Source of the DNA: Ascidiella aspersa
Lineage: Eukaryota
Length of the DNA stretch: 64,000 nt
NCBI GenBank assembly: GCA_963924565.1
Contig: OZ004612.1
Span: forward strand, 28,582,001-28,646,000
Direction: 5' to 3'
The notes below the pieces were generated by a model. It had not been told where the DNA came from. It worked only from the letters and a program-made list of their open reading frames with translations, and searched no databases. Both the position numbers and the translations under genes were made by a program. Below, in pieces: positions 1 to 12,800 of the stretch; positions within the stretch are counted from its first letter, which is position 1; the number at the start of each line of letters is the position of its first letter.

Positions 1-615
1 AAAATTAACATAATGACGACGTTGCGAATAATTACAATGACGTTACGTAATTTTCTATAATGGTACACATTTTTAATGACGTCAGCAAAATAACCCGTTA
101 TAATGATGTCATACGTACTTACGTTATTATGACGTCACACGTACTTAAACCAAACCCTCACATTCGTGTTAGCTCGTCTGTTTATCCATATACTTTATGT
201 AAACCACGCCTCGCAACAATCATCCACCTTTTTTCAATGTGACGTCACATAACCAACACTATATGACGTCACAGGCCCCTGAACCAGCATTCGAAGATAA
301 TTTTATCCCCTAGCTATATATTGGCATTTTGTTTTGTAAATAAATAAATGCGTATTAATTCAATAAGCTTAAGCTTCGATTAAAGTTAACATAATGACGA
401 CGTTTCAAAAACTTACAATGACGTTAAGTTTTTAATGACGACAAATAATTCGGTTATGACGTCACAAGTTCTTAAACGAATCCCTCACATTTGTATTAGC
501 TCGCAGTTTTCGTATATTTTATTTAAACCACGCCGCGTAACAATCGACCACTCGTCTTCCAATGTGACGTCACACAACCGACGCTCTATGACGTCACAGG
601 CACCTGAACCAGCGC
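1..615. repeat. diverged tandem duplication (about 1-288 and 383-613) that includes the w1 acceptor
   Basis: tatgacgtcacaggcccctgaaccagc vs tatgacgtcacaggcacctgaaccagc, with about 250 bp of colinear upstream similarity. Confidence 0.85.
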
Positions 616-807
616 TGGATCGAGGCGGAGCAGAAACTGCAATCGCGCGCTCAGCTTCTCGAGTCTACAGCTTGTGAGTTGCGTGAGTATAGGAGACAAC
701 TGGATGCGACCACGTGTTGGTTGAAAGCACTGCTCGACAAGGTCAACGACCCCGTGCCAATGACCTTGAGCGTGGAGGACTTGAACGCTGCGAGACAAAA
801 GCACAGC
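600..807 (+). CDS. nesprin exon w1
   Basis: cag|...|gtgagt, phase 2/0, HLNQRWIEAEQKL...RQKHS. Confidence 0.9.
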
Positions 808-3800
808 GTGAGTATAGGAAAAGATTGTGAGATTGATTTTAAGCGTTAAATTTCTGCAGTTATATAAGTGGGATAAGGGCCGTTTTGCCTATGACGCAAC
901 ACAAACAGAATTTCATTTTTTATCTAAATTAATAAAAATAAAATTGAATTAAATTATGGTAAAATATTTATCATTGAAAATGGAACAAATGTGATCTGAA
1001 TATATGAAAACCCTTATAAAACCCTGATACGTAAACCAAAGGTATAAACTATAGTCTGGAGTTCTTAAGTGTCAATAGTATAGTATTTTAACTGTCAACA
1101 GAACTTTATCAAAAAAACAACAATTATTTCAATAAAAATTAATAAAAGTCAATAAAAACCCATTGAAACATTTGTTTAATCTTCCTACCCAGATGTTGTG
1201 TAAGGAGCTGAACCAAAAGAAAGAGGAATTCAGTGAATTGAGCAGCTGCCACCAGACTCTACCTCTCAGTCTGAGCGCAACAGAGCGCGAGAAGCTCCAT
1301 AGTGACGTCACAGACATCCAGGCGTTGTTCCGTCGCGCGCAATCGACCGCGAACGATAAGACGAACGCGCTGAACCATGCAATCGGCAGGAGGAAGGACC
1401 TGTGGGCTACGTCACAACAGGTAGACTGTTACGCAACAAAGGGAATTGTTACGGCTAATTTTGTTGTTTCCTTTTGAATTTGAAATTTCACGTGGCAAAA
1501 TATGTAAAATCATCTTAGATTAATGCCTTTTTTGTCTAATTCAAAAGCTGTAAATGCATTTTGCCCCTACATACAAAACAAATTAAAATTTATGTAATTT
1601 TTGGGCTTAACCTCATCAAAGTTGGTCGTTTATGGGATGTTTATAAAATAACTAGCTATAAAGAGTTTCAAATTCAATCTAAAAGTTACTGCTCTCTTTT
1701 TGAGGCCATTTTTTTCTTTCTTTACAGCGAGGCGAGTTTTATTATATTGTTGTGTTTTTATTGCAGGCTCTTGCATGGCTTGAGCATATCAAAGAAACGC
1801 TGGAAAAGTACAAGACGTTCCCGCTTCATCCTGATGCAGTGGCTAAACTTATACAAGAACACAGGGTACGATTGAGGGATTGCCAGTATTGCAGTTTTCA
1901 TAATATATACTTTTAATATGATTGAGACATCGTGTGATATAACTTTTAACAATATTAGTTTGCCATAAATGCGTTTTCGGTCCAAACTACGTTAGGTTTA
2001 AAAAAGGCATACGTCATTGTAGGAGTTCCCTTCTGAGCCTGCATAGCTCAGTTGGTAGAGCGACGGTCCCGGCTTGACCGGAGGTCGTGAGTTCGAACCT
2101 CACTGCAGGCTAGTTGTTTTTCTAGTCTGCCCTGCTTGCATCATAGATCAATAGACTCGGTGAGTCTGCGATGGCTTTCGGTGTACTTATTGTAGGAGAT
2201 GTTGTTTTTCAAATGGATTTCCAAAGGACTTTACAAAGAGAACATTTAATTTAGATTTTTGTTGTTTTTTTAGTTTAGGTTTGTCCCATTAACATTTTGT
2301 ATTTGAGGTTTGTCCCCAAAACATCTGATTTATGTAAACCCTATTTATGAAATTAAGTTTAAAGGTGGTTTAAACAAAACTTTTATTCCAGGTCTACTCT
2401 TTAAACTATGTTATTTCAAGATTTTTTTTGCTTAGTTGTTTAGGCGTTCTACATTTAAGCAGTAAGACACAAGTTTAGACTTAAAACCGAAAATAGAATT
2501 CTAAAATTGCGTTTCAAAATGTTCAGGTTGTCCCTTGAAAAGCGCTTTTGTAATGTCGAAGCTCTTTTAAAACATAACCAGTTTTCCAAACTTTTGTTGT
2601 TCTTTGTTTTAGGTTTGTCCCATAAAGTTATGATTTTTATTAAATACTATTTCCAAATGTATTTTTCAGGCGCTTTACAAGGAGATCGTCCGACACAAAG
2701 TCACAGTCGACGAGGTGATTGCAACCGGCATCCAGATCATCTACGAGGGCAAACCGGACAGCGTAAGCGTGCGAGGCAAGTTATCAGGTATAACCCCACA
2801 CTTTATTATGCCGTCATCACTGCTGACGTAGACGTGACGTGACGTAGCCGTGACGTGGTGGAAGCGTAGAAGTCGCTGCGACTTTTCTTCGTTTTTGTTG
2901 TGACCGTGGTGAAGGGTGTGGTAAATCTTTGTTTAGTTGTAGATTTTTTTAAATGTCCCCAGTAAGACCAAACTAAGTCCAAAATGTGGCAACGGAAAGT
3001 CATTTTGTTTTGATGTTAAAAAAATAAAATAACTGAATTTGAATTAAAACACTTATGGTGCTCATAGGTGTAAAGTATATTTATCTTAATATCTAAATAA
3101 AGTTCTTGACTCTTAATTCTACTTAGTTTGGTCTTTATTACTGAGTAAAAGAAACGAAAAATCAGTTTGTTTTAATGTTGAGATTACATTATTTCGAAAT
3201 AAGATATGACGATGCTCTCACAGATGTATGTTTCTTCTTTAAATCTAAATAAACTGATTTTCGGCTTTTACGTTTTCTACTTAGTTTGATCTTGTTCACT
3301 TGATGTACAACCTAAATCTTTGTTTCAAGCAGGTTTTTTCAATCATTCCATTCAAACAAAACTGTAGAATTTACCTTCCATTTGTTACAGCTTTATATTT
3401 CACTTAATGTCGTTTTGTTTCACAATGTTGCTTTGGTTTAGTGTTGCTTGTACTTTTTGTTGCGTTTTTGTGTTGTCAAGTTTCTTGTAGCTCTGTTTTG
3501 GTGTTTATACTGTATCACACATAGTTGCCTGAATATCAACTGAAAAGTTTGATACAAAAAGTAGAATATATCATTTTTCCGAGACAGAAACTTTCAATTT
3601 TTTTTTACTTTTGCGATAGTAATCGTAAAGGTTAAAAAGTTGGAATTAAGTTGCGCAGTTTTATTAAATTTTGTCATACCGTCTTTGATAAAATAGATAA
3701 CTTTTAATTTTTATTTAAATCAAAAAACAAATAATATAAGGGCTTTTGGCCAGTAAACAACGCCCTTATATTCTAAACATCCAGTAAAATAAAGTTTATA

Positions 3801-6800
3801 TATTCCAACATTTTTTACTGAACCCTTTCTACCAAAAAAAGTATCCCAATTAACGTCTACATTACTGATCGCATCGGACAGGCCTCGAAGATAGCTATGT
3901 CGAAGTGGATGAACTGTGGCGAATTAAACTGGATGAGCTTCAGCGTTTACTGGCAGACCGTGAGTTGTTTCATGCCGATGTAGATCACTGCTTACGTTGG
4001 CTGAAGGAGGCTGATATCGTGACCTTCCCAGAGGTCAACCTCGCCGCATCGCTGCCTGACCTTGAAACTCACCTTGGCCGATACGAGGTCGGTGAATGTA
4101 AAAAGTTTGCATGTCGTTGTTTGATCCGTTTTACATCGAAATTTACGATATTTCTATCGTCATAAATTGCTTCGTTTTTTTGTGAAAGGTTTTCATAACT
4201 TTACGTGGATATAAACATATAACCTTGGGCTATACCGAATCAGTACAAAGTGTGACAGTTTGTGCCATTTGTTTTTACGGATTTTACAGAATGACTTGGT
4301 TTTGTGTTAAAATATATTGCCCAGTTTATTGTGATGTCTATCATATCTTAAACTAAAATAAAGAATTCGGAAAATTGCTACGAATCCATACATCCTTTAA
4401 AATTAACAAAATATGTTCTTTTTTCTGTAAATTCAATAAATTTTTCTAGCACAGCTGGTTGCAATTTACCAAGAAATATAATATAATTAAAGCACAGCAC
4501 ATATGAGACCAAATTCTACCTTCTCTCACCTTAAGAAAAGTCGAGTGCTACATTAGAGGAGCACAAATGTCATCGCTCTTTATAAGGTAGTACACGATAT
4601 ATTGCTTTTCAGGCGATATTAAGCGAGTCCGTGAAATATCGCGACCTCGTATGTAAAGTTTGCGAGAAAGCGCAGGAAATTCTGCCGCAACTTTCCGACG
4701 TCGACCAGAGTCTGCTCACCGATAAAATGAAGAACATAAAGGATCAGTTCGAGCAGTAAGTCAAACTCAACTTAGAAAAACCCTGGATATGTTGTGATTT
4801 CATTCCAAATTCTAAACCTAAGTTGCATAAACTTAAAAATATATATAATTTGTTAAAGTCAATTCTGCCAAGTAACTGAACACCCTCATACAATCCTAGG
4901 ACGTTACCGATTTTCTGTTTACTACAACATTAATTGATACCCCATTTCTTAAGCGGGACTTTACATTTAAAATGTATAAGACTATTCAAAATTTACATTT
5001 CTTAAAATTATCATCGGTTTTTTTGGCAATAGTTTTCGTAAATTTCCCTACTAGATCAAGTAACTAAATTGGCAATGCTTGCATGAAATACTATTATTTA
5101 AGTTATTTGTGTAACGTCCTTAATAGCCTTATTTCGTGTAGCCAGTGGTTTAATTGCACTTAAAGTGACTTTTAACAAAATGAAATGCTGCTTTCCATGT
5201 TTGACAAAACCAACTAAAAATGCTGCTTTTCCATGATCAAATTATTTTGGTTTTTCTGTTTCGCTTCTGAATATATTGCTCACATAGGGATAATTTGTGG
5301 TTCAATAAACCAAATAATGAAGGCACAATGGCAAAAATAGTCCAACATAAAATGCAACGTATATAAACTGTTGCTTCCAAGCATGGTAATATAAATCAAA
5401 AACAGCTCTTCTGGTAATTTTAATTTTTTACCAACGTTTCGGCAACCTATGCAAGTCGCCTTCGTCAGGGTGAATAACACCAAACGCTCGTACAATAAAT
5501 AGAAAACACACAAAGGAAAAAAGCAGAAATCGGTGTCATTCACCCTGACGAAGGCTACTTGCATAGGTTGCCGAAACGTTGGTTAAGAATAGCAATTACC
5601 AGAGGAGCTGTTTGGATTTAAATAAAATTCAACGTGTTACATTTTTCAACCAAAATACCACTGTCTCCTACGTTCAACAATTTTTGCTTCTAGCATTAAG
5701 TAATGACTTGCAATTGCCTTTTAGTGTTTGCAAGTTCGCCGAGGACAAGTCTGATCAGATGCGAGAGATGATGTCATCGCGGAGGGAGTATATCCACTCG
5801 TTGGAACAGCTCGAGGATTACTTGGGTGTTGGTCAAACTATGCTCAGGGAACTAGATGATATGAGCACTGGACATACCGCTGGTCAAGCAAGGACATTAC
5901 TGCTCAAAGCTGAGGTAATGGTTCTGGATGTTTTTACGAATTTATCTCTTATGATAAATTCAAAGTTTGGCGATAAACAAATGCCAGCATATTTGTTACG
6001 TAATATTCGAACGTTACTACACATATAATATTCACTTGATAATCGGTTTTAAATTAAGTCTGTTACAATTTAATATATATTTTGAAAGTTGACAGCATGG
6101 CAGTTACATAATCTTCGCATGCAACTACAAATATGATATCAAATGTTTGGTATCTGCCTGAGCTAAAATTTATTTTTTACTTCAGTCCAGTACACTATAA
6201 TAAACATTTTTATCAACAAAAAAGCTAATGTAAGAAGTTACTTTGATTAAGCTTTAACGGATTTATTTATACCGTGTCAAAACCAAAATAACCCGAAACA
6301 TACAAATATTAAAAAAATATTGTTTACCTATAGATTAACAACGTATTAACTTCAAAGTTTCGTACGTTCTTTATTTATATGCAAACATAAGCCAAACTCT
6401 CTCAATGTCCGAAGCGCGAACAAAGTCGCCAAACATATTAAATATAAAGCCACTTGTTTACGATAAAAAACTGAAGGTTAATTATTTTATCCAACGTTTA
6501 ACACTTATTTTCGTTCGCAGAAAATCCAGCATTCGATCTCGGATCGCAGACCTAGTCTTGAGAAGATTGAAAAGATGAGAGATTGCCTCAGGGGATCCGG
6601 GCAACCATGGCAACCAGAGGAACTCCTTAAAGGTGGGACGTTATATTATGGTCGTTATGATAAATAAACTATCGTCAGCAGAAAATATGCGTAATTTAAG
6701 AATAATTGCCAGTGTTACAGAAATATTTTTCAGACGTAACAGAACCATTGGTGAATACTATAAAAAAAAATTTCGCTAAACAAAAAATATTGTATTGGTC

Positions 6801-9800
6801 GTTTTTATTATTTGCTAGTCCTTTTTTATCATTATTTTCAAAATTTATGAATATTTTACAGTTTTTGTTATTTTTAATTTGATTTTCATATTGCATTATA
6901 TAATTTATAGATAAACTAATATAATTGCCGCAATGAACCTCTTATTTCGAGGTCTTATTCCCATTCTACGTTTGCATTTAACGTTTGCCATTTATGTAGC
7001 AACCGCAATCTACCACCGGATGTCGCAGCAGAGCTCGCAGCGTATTGAGCGCTTCCGCGAGATGGCGCTGTGCCGCGAGCGCTTTGAGCATCGAATAGAT
7101 GAGCTTGGGGAACAGATCGAAGACTGCGACCGTGAACTTAACACTGGAAGTCCAAGCAGAGTGGAACACAAGCTAACAATATCACAGGTTGCTTGTATTC
7201 AACACTCACAGTGTTTTTTTTTCATTGTGTGCAACCATTTACAATTTATTACAGCTACCTAACAGTTCGTCTTTGTTTGGTTTTTCATGTCATTTTCAAC
7301 GATTAGGTGTCCTATTGGATGTATTCAACACCCACATTGCGCTAAGTCGGGCTATTGTTTAACTGTGTGCTACAATTTACAATTTATTGCCGCTGCCAAA
7401 TGCAATACACGTAAATTATTTGTTTTATTGTTTACTGGCAAATGATGATAGTTGTTCGGGTCTGGGAGTTTGCTTTATAATAAACTTCTGTTTAATATAT
7501 TATAAATCGGCTTACGTGTAATATATTATAAAGCGATTTATGTGTAATATATTATAAATCGGCTTAGGTGTAATATATAATAAAGCGATTGTATCAAATT
7601 TTATCCTACGCACTTATTTATAATTAAATATCGTTCTATATCATATACTTCGATTAACGGCTATATCAAGTATTTCATAACCTTCTAGAAATCAGACCCA
7701 TATTTGCGACCAAATTTATTATTTAATTCATGCTCCTTATTCGCACGCCTAAACGTTTGTTTCATACAGTGCTTAAACATTTAGCCGTTAAAACATTGGT
7801 CGCGTATTCCTAATAGAGTGACATCACTATGTTATAATTCCTATCTGTATTATCGTATGGAATTTATTTAGGGTATGGTTATCTGGTCAAGTAGTATACT
7901 AATAAATAATTTTAGCACCTTTTATTATAATCGGCCACTTTAAGTACACTGTTCAGCATCGGAAAGGCTAATCAAAACCGGTGACCTTTCAAATATTTTG
8001 TCCATTAAGATTTTTTTAATCCAGCAGGGTCTTGAAGCTAAAAACAACTACACTTTGGAGTGGGGTTCGAACTTACAACCTCGGTCATATCGGTTGGGTA
8101 TCAAAAATCCAATTACGCATATCTAGTTCGGCAAATAGCCTAAGCCTTATTATTAAATGTAACTATATCTGTGCTTTTTCTTACAGCAAATGGCCGCGAT
8201 GCTCACGAGTTGTCAGATCGAACTTCGTTCGGTTTCCGGACTCGCTGAGCAGCTCTGCTCCGATATGGAGGAACAAGACAAAGCTCTCATCCGAGATAAA
8301 GTTGATGCGCTCCGTACTGCCCTCCACCGGATCCAGGGCAACCTGGGAGAAAGGCAACGCGACCTCGAGAAACGGTATGTGACGTAACAGAGGGTGAGTG
8401 TCGTAATACGTGGTTAGTGACGTAATGCTTGGTAAGTTGAAAAAGCTGCGAATAACGTAAAACGTGGTAATGTATTAAAAACAAACTGACGTAAAAAGCG
8501 GCAATTATCGTAGAAAAGTGGTTAATGACGTAGGAAATTTTTTTATGACGTAATCGATAATTTTAGTAAAATAAGCGAAAAGGGGTTATTGAGGTGGAAA
8601 GTTTAAGATTGTATTACTTAGGATAAACAAATCCGCAATAAATAAACATTTTCTTGTTTAAAATCCAAGCGTTTGTGTTAACCAGGAGTTATGGGGTAAA
8701 CCATAAAAGTCAATCTTGTTTTTCGTTGGTTTACCCCATTAACATTACGTAGCGTTTGAGGACTGGGGAAATACCTTATTTTATCCAAACAACAAATTGT
8801 TTTGGCAATTTAAAACGGCCATGCTGCTGTAATTAGTGTTAATCACAACTTGTTATTGACTGTTAGTCGCATAAAACCATCCGTGAAGTATACAACTTTC
8901 GTCACAGCATCGTGTCACGGCGCGACTTTCAAGGTGACCTTGAGAAGGGGGTGGCGTGGCTGGAGGAGACCCAGAGCGCCCTCGAGTGTGAGAGCCCCCT
9001 GAAACTTGACCCCCAAAGTGTGCAGGAAGAAATCAAGAAGCTGCAGGTGACATTACATTGGGTTGTAAAAAAAATGATTTAAACTTTATTTTCTTTCAAA
9101 AGACAAAACTTGTAGTGAGTCTGCATTTGACATTATTTGGATTGTAAAAATGTATTTTTTTATCAATGGTACCTCTAAGAACCGCACTATAACCTATAGT
9201 TTGGCTAAACAAAATACCTTTTTACCGTCTTGAAAAAAGGAAAGACCTCGTTTAAATTGCAAGATAACACAAATTTCCATTTAATGTCGATCTTTGATAA
9301 TGTCAATAATTACAACACAAACTATTAAGTATTTGCATAGAAATTAAAAAAACAAATACGTAATAAACAAAATATGGTACCGAGAAAACGAAAACAGTAT
9401 AACTTTCTTGTAACTTGGTACCAGTCAAATGTTGTTTACTCGATCAATATCTCACAAAAAACTTATCGATTTTAGAAACATTTCGGGTAAAAAAAACACA
9501 CAACAAAACGCTGTTTTCCTAATTAATCTTGCTGCGGATCACCAAAGAAGAGGCTTATCGCTTTTACAAGAATTTCTAAAAAAATTTCCATTTTGCCGAT
9601 TAATCTTCCTGCAGATCACCAAGGAAGAGGTGGAGTCCCGACTTCGCGTTCTGGGTGCCCTTGGCGACAAGGAGGTAGAGCGCCACCTTGAGGAGGACGA
9701 CCAGCTTCCGGGTGTAGTTTCCCACCAACTCGACACGCTAAACAGACTCCAAGGCTCCCTCACGCGGGTGATTGACGTCAAACAGGTTCGTGCTTTGCTG

Positions 9801-12800
9801 CTTATATATATTGGGGTTGTTCGAAAAGCACTTTTTTGTCAAATTTTAGCGGGAACCCCCCTAGAGTTTATTCGTCTAAAACACAACAAGCCCCACCAGG
9901 TTGCATCGAAAATCCCCACAAACCAATTCTGAGCACGTTTGGTTCAGTTTAACTGTGCTACGTCAATTTTTAGTTTGATACGTGATACGTTGACAAAGTG
10001 TAAGGACATTTCCAATAAAATACGATTAGTAGGTTTATCAAATAACATGTCTGTTTTTCAATACACCAATTTACAATATGTTGAAATATGTTATATAAAT
10101 CCAAAAAAGCTAAACGAATCCCAAATCCTCTTTAGGTCGTATCGCAGCAACATTTTTTATGTTTTACTAAATTGTCTCGTAACTGTATGAAAACTCTTTA
10201 AAAAATCGCAAACAGCAACGTATCGTTAACTCACAAACCCCCCTGTGAACGTCAAGAGCGTTTGTTGGAGGCGCTACAATTGAACATAGAACCAGTTTCT
10301 AGCCTTCCATATCCACTTACAACATCCTACTCTTATGTACGCCTGTTTTCGCCCTGTTGCCTCCTATTGTGACTTAACAAGCACGCCATTGTTGCGCAGG
10401 AGCGTTTGTTGGAGGCGCTCGAGTCCCGTCAGCGTTACGCGGATTGCATGAGTCGAGTAACGAGTAAGCTGGGTAGTGCGAGTGCAGAGTTGCAACTACT
10501 TGAAGCCGACAGCAACCCTGAGCACGCGAGAGATCTACTTGAGCAACATCAGGTATGCACTATAAAGATATTTGTTTTATTAAATGGGATCTAGTTGTTG
10601 GTGTTGGTTTGGGTATAATTTACCCTGCTTTTCGTTATTAAAATACTAAACTGAGTAATTGATAATAAATTGCAAAGCCAAAAAAGTCGAGTTGATCGAC
10701 ATCATCTTGATTAAGTCGTTTCGATACAACTTGTATCATCTTCAGTTAATGTGGCACATTAACCTTTTTGGCTTAGCAAAATATTATCAACTACATTGCA
10801 GATCCGTGCATAGTACCTAATTAATTGATATTATATTGATTTTTGTTAGTAACAATTTTTTTTATAGTAATTTTGTTGTTACAATTTTAGGCCATTGGTT
10901 TTATCAAAAAATAATTTAAAAAGTTTGTATTTTTTAGAAAATTTGTAAGATGAAAGTAATTATTTTTTTCATCCATTTGTTTTGCAATCTTGTTTAACAG
11001 ATAATCCACTTTGTAAAAATGAATATGGGTATAATTTACCAAGTTGCTTAAAAAATTGTGAATAAAAACCACAACTACTTAATTTGGGTGCCGAAATAGT
11101 TTTTTAATTTGAAACCAATTGCTTTTAAAAGATTTAAAACAGTTAGATTTTCTATTTTGAATTATTTTTATTAATTCACAATTTTGTAGCTGCAATTCCA
11201 TTTTAATTTGTGCACATAATTGTAATTTATCATGCCACCGATTCAGGCCGACTACATGATCCACCAATATGAGGTAACTCAGCATGCATACATCGGTGTA
11301 TGTTAGTCCTATAGTATTCCGTTGCATGCTTTGAAAATAGCTTAGTTGTTAGAATGTAAGGTCATCATATCTAATGTAAACTATTACTTGTCGTCTATCG
11401 CAACCTTTCCTAAAATTACTATAAACAGATGTCATTAAAATGTATCAGTTTAGAAATAATGTTAAATCCAGTTTTCTGGTGCAATTAGTTTCACAAAGTT
11501 GCCCAAAAAGAAATTGGAAAACTCAATATTTTACTATTATATCGCTACAGAGTATTGCGTCATGAAACGTCAATCATTAGGTGGTAGTTTGAGTGTATGT
11601 ATTTTGACTTTATTCCTTTAAAGGTTTAGCGTTTTCAGAATAATGTCGTAATGCCGCGTAAGTTGCATGAACCCTATCTTTTACATTACTTTCTCAGTTT
11701 AGCATCACAGTTTGCTTCCTTTTTCTGAATATTATTTTACCATCTGACTTATATTTTGAGCATGATCGTTGGTTGTACGGTGCATGCGCAACTTTATGTT
11801 TGTGAATTTGAGTTCGCCTAACCGTCCGTTGAAACTGGACAGGTAAATTTGCAATAATTGGGGTAATGAAACTGTATGTTATAAAATGAAGAATACCAAA
11901 GAAACTTATCACAAAAATCTCAATACTTATATTCTAAGCTTCATTTTTTATTTCATATTTATATTTTATAATGCATTGTTACACTGATTTCACCAATTTG
12001 AATCAACTTCAGCTGGAATCAACTTGTACCAAGTTAAACCAGTTGAAATAAATTTATACCAGTTTAAGTCATTTTGATTTGATTTATTCCAAATTTGAAC
12101 CAATTTGTACCAATTATTGAAATCGGTTAAACGAAATTATATAACCTAAAAATACAATGTCGGAATCTACTTATAACAATTTGAACTAGTTTGATTAAAT
12201 TTATATCAGTTTAAATTATTTGTAATAAGACTTTTCGGTTTAAACCAATATAAGCCAATCTAAACCAACCTGTACCAATTTTAGTAGATGTCAACCAGTT
12301 TTAACCAACTTTACCAATTTAAATCAGTTTAATCGATACGATAACCAATGTAAAGCAATTTAATCGACACGACAAACGACAACTTTCCAGGCGCTTTTTA
12401 CGACCGAGGGAGAAATCCTTCATTACGTCGATGAACTTGAGGAGGTTGCGAATGACCTTGACAGCATGTCGGGAACAATTGGACTCACTAAGACGGCACG
12501 TGACACACTCTCTACCGCCGTTGGCGGCGTGAGGGAGCGTGCCGAGAATCTGCTAGATGCCGCTAAAGAGATACACAACAGTTTGCAGGTTGGTTGCCAG
12601 TGATCGAAATATTAGCAAATTTCTCAAAACAATTATAGGAAACCACTACGCACATTTTAAAATTAAAATATAAAATAATTTGTTCTCTTAACTGGGGTAA
12701 AATTTCTTTCAACACTAGTATAGCTGAGATTAAAGTTTTAGTTTTTAAAATGTAGGCTTTAATCGAATATTTAAAAACAGTTTGTGCCTTAAATTTAACA

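Larger units (their letters stand above)
5392..5620. mobile_element. fold-back element, family B: about 90-bp inverted arms each with a minimal hammerhead motif (Penelope-like remnant)
   Basis: Arms 5392-5481 and 5532-5620 are reverse complements; each contains CTGACGA-A-GGC...GCC-GAAACGTT. Confidence 0.75.

Noticed and set aside
2037-2111. Calling this a functional tRNA-Ala(GGC)
   Set aside because: It lacks U33 and purine 37, has extra bases around the anticodon stem, and is flanked by TSD-like repeats.
2800-3420. GC/CRE-rich patch after w4 and possible tiny exons (3204-3225; from 3391)
   Set aside because: Candidates are frame-shifting or reach a stop within a few codons; no frame-preserving exon with good sites was found.
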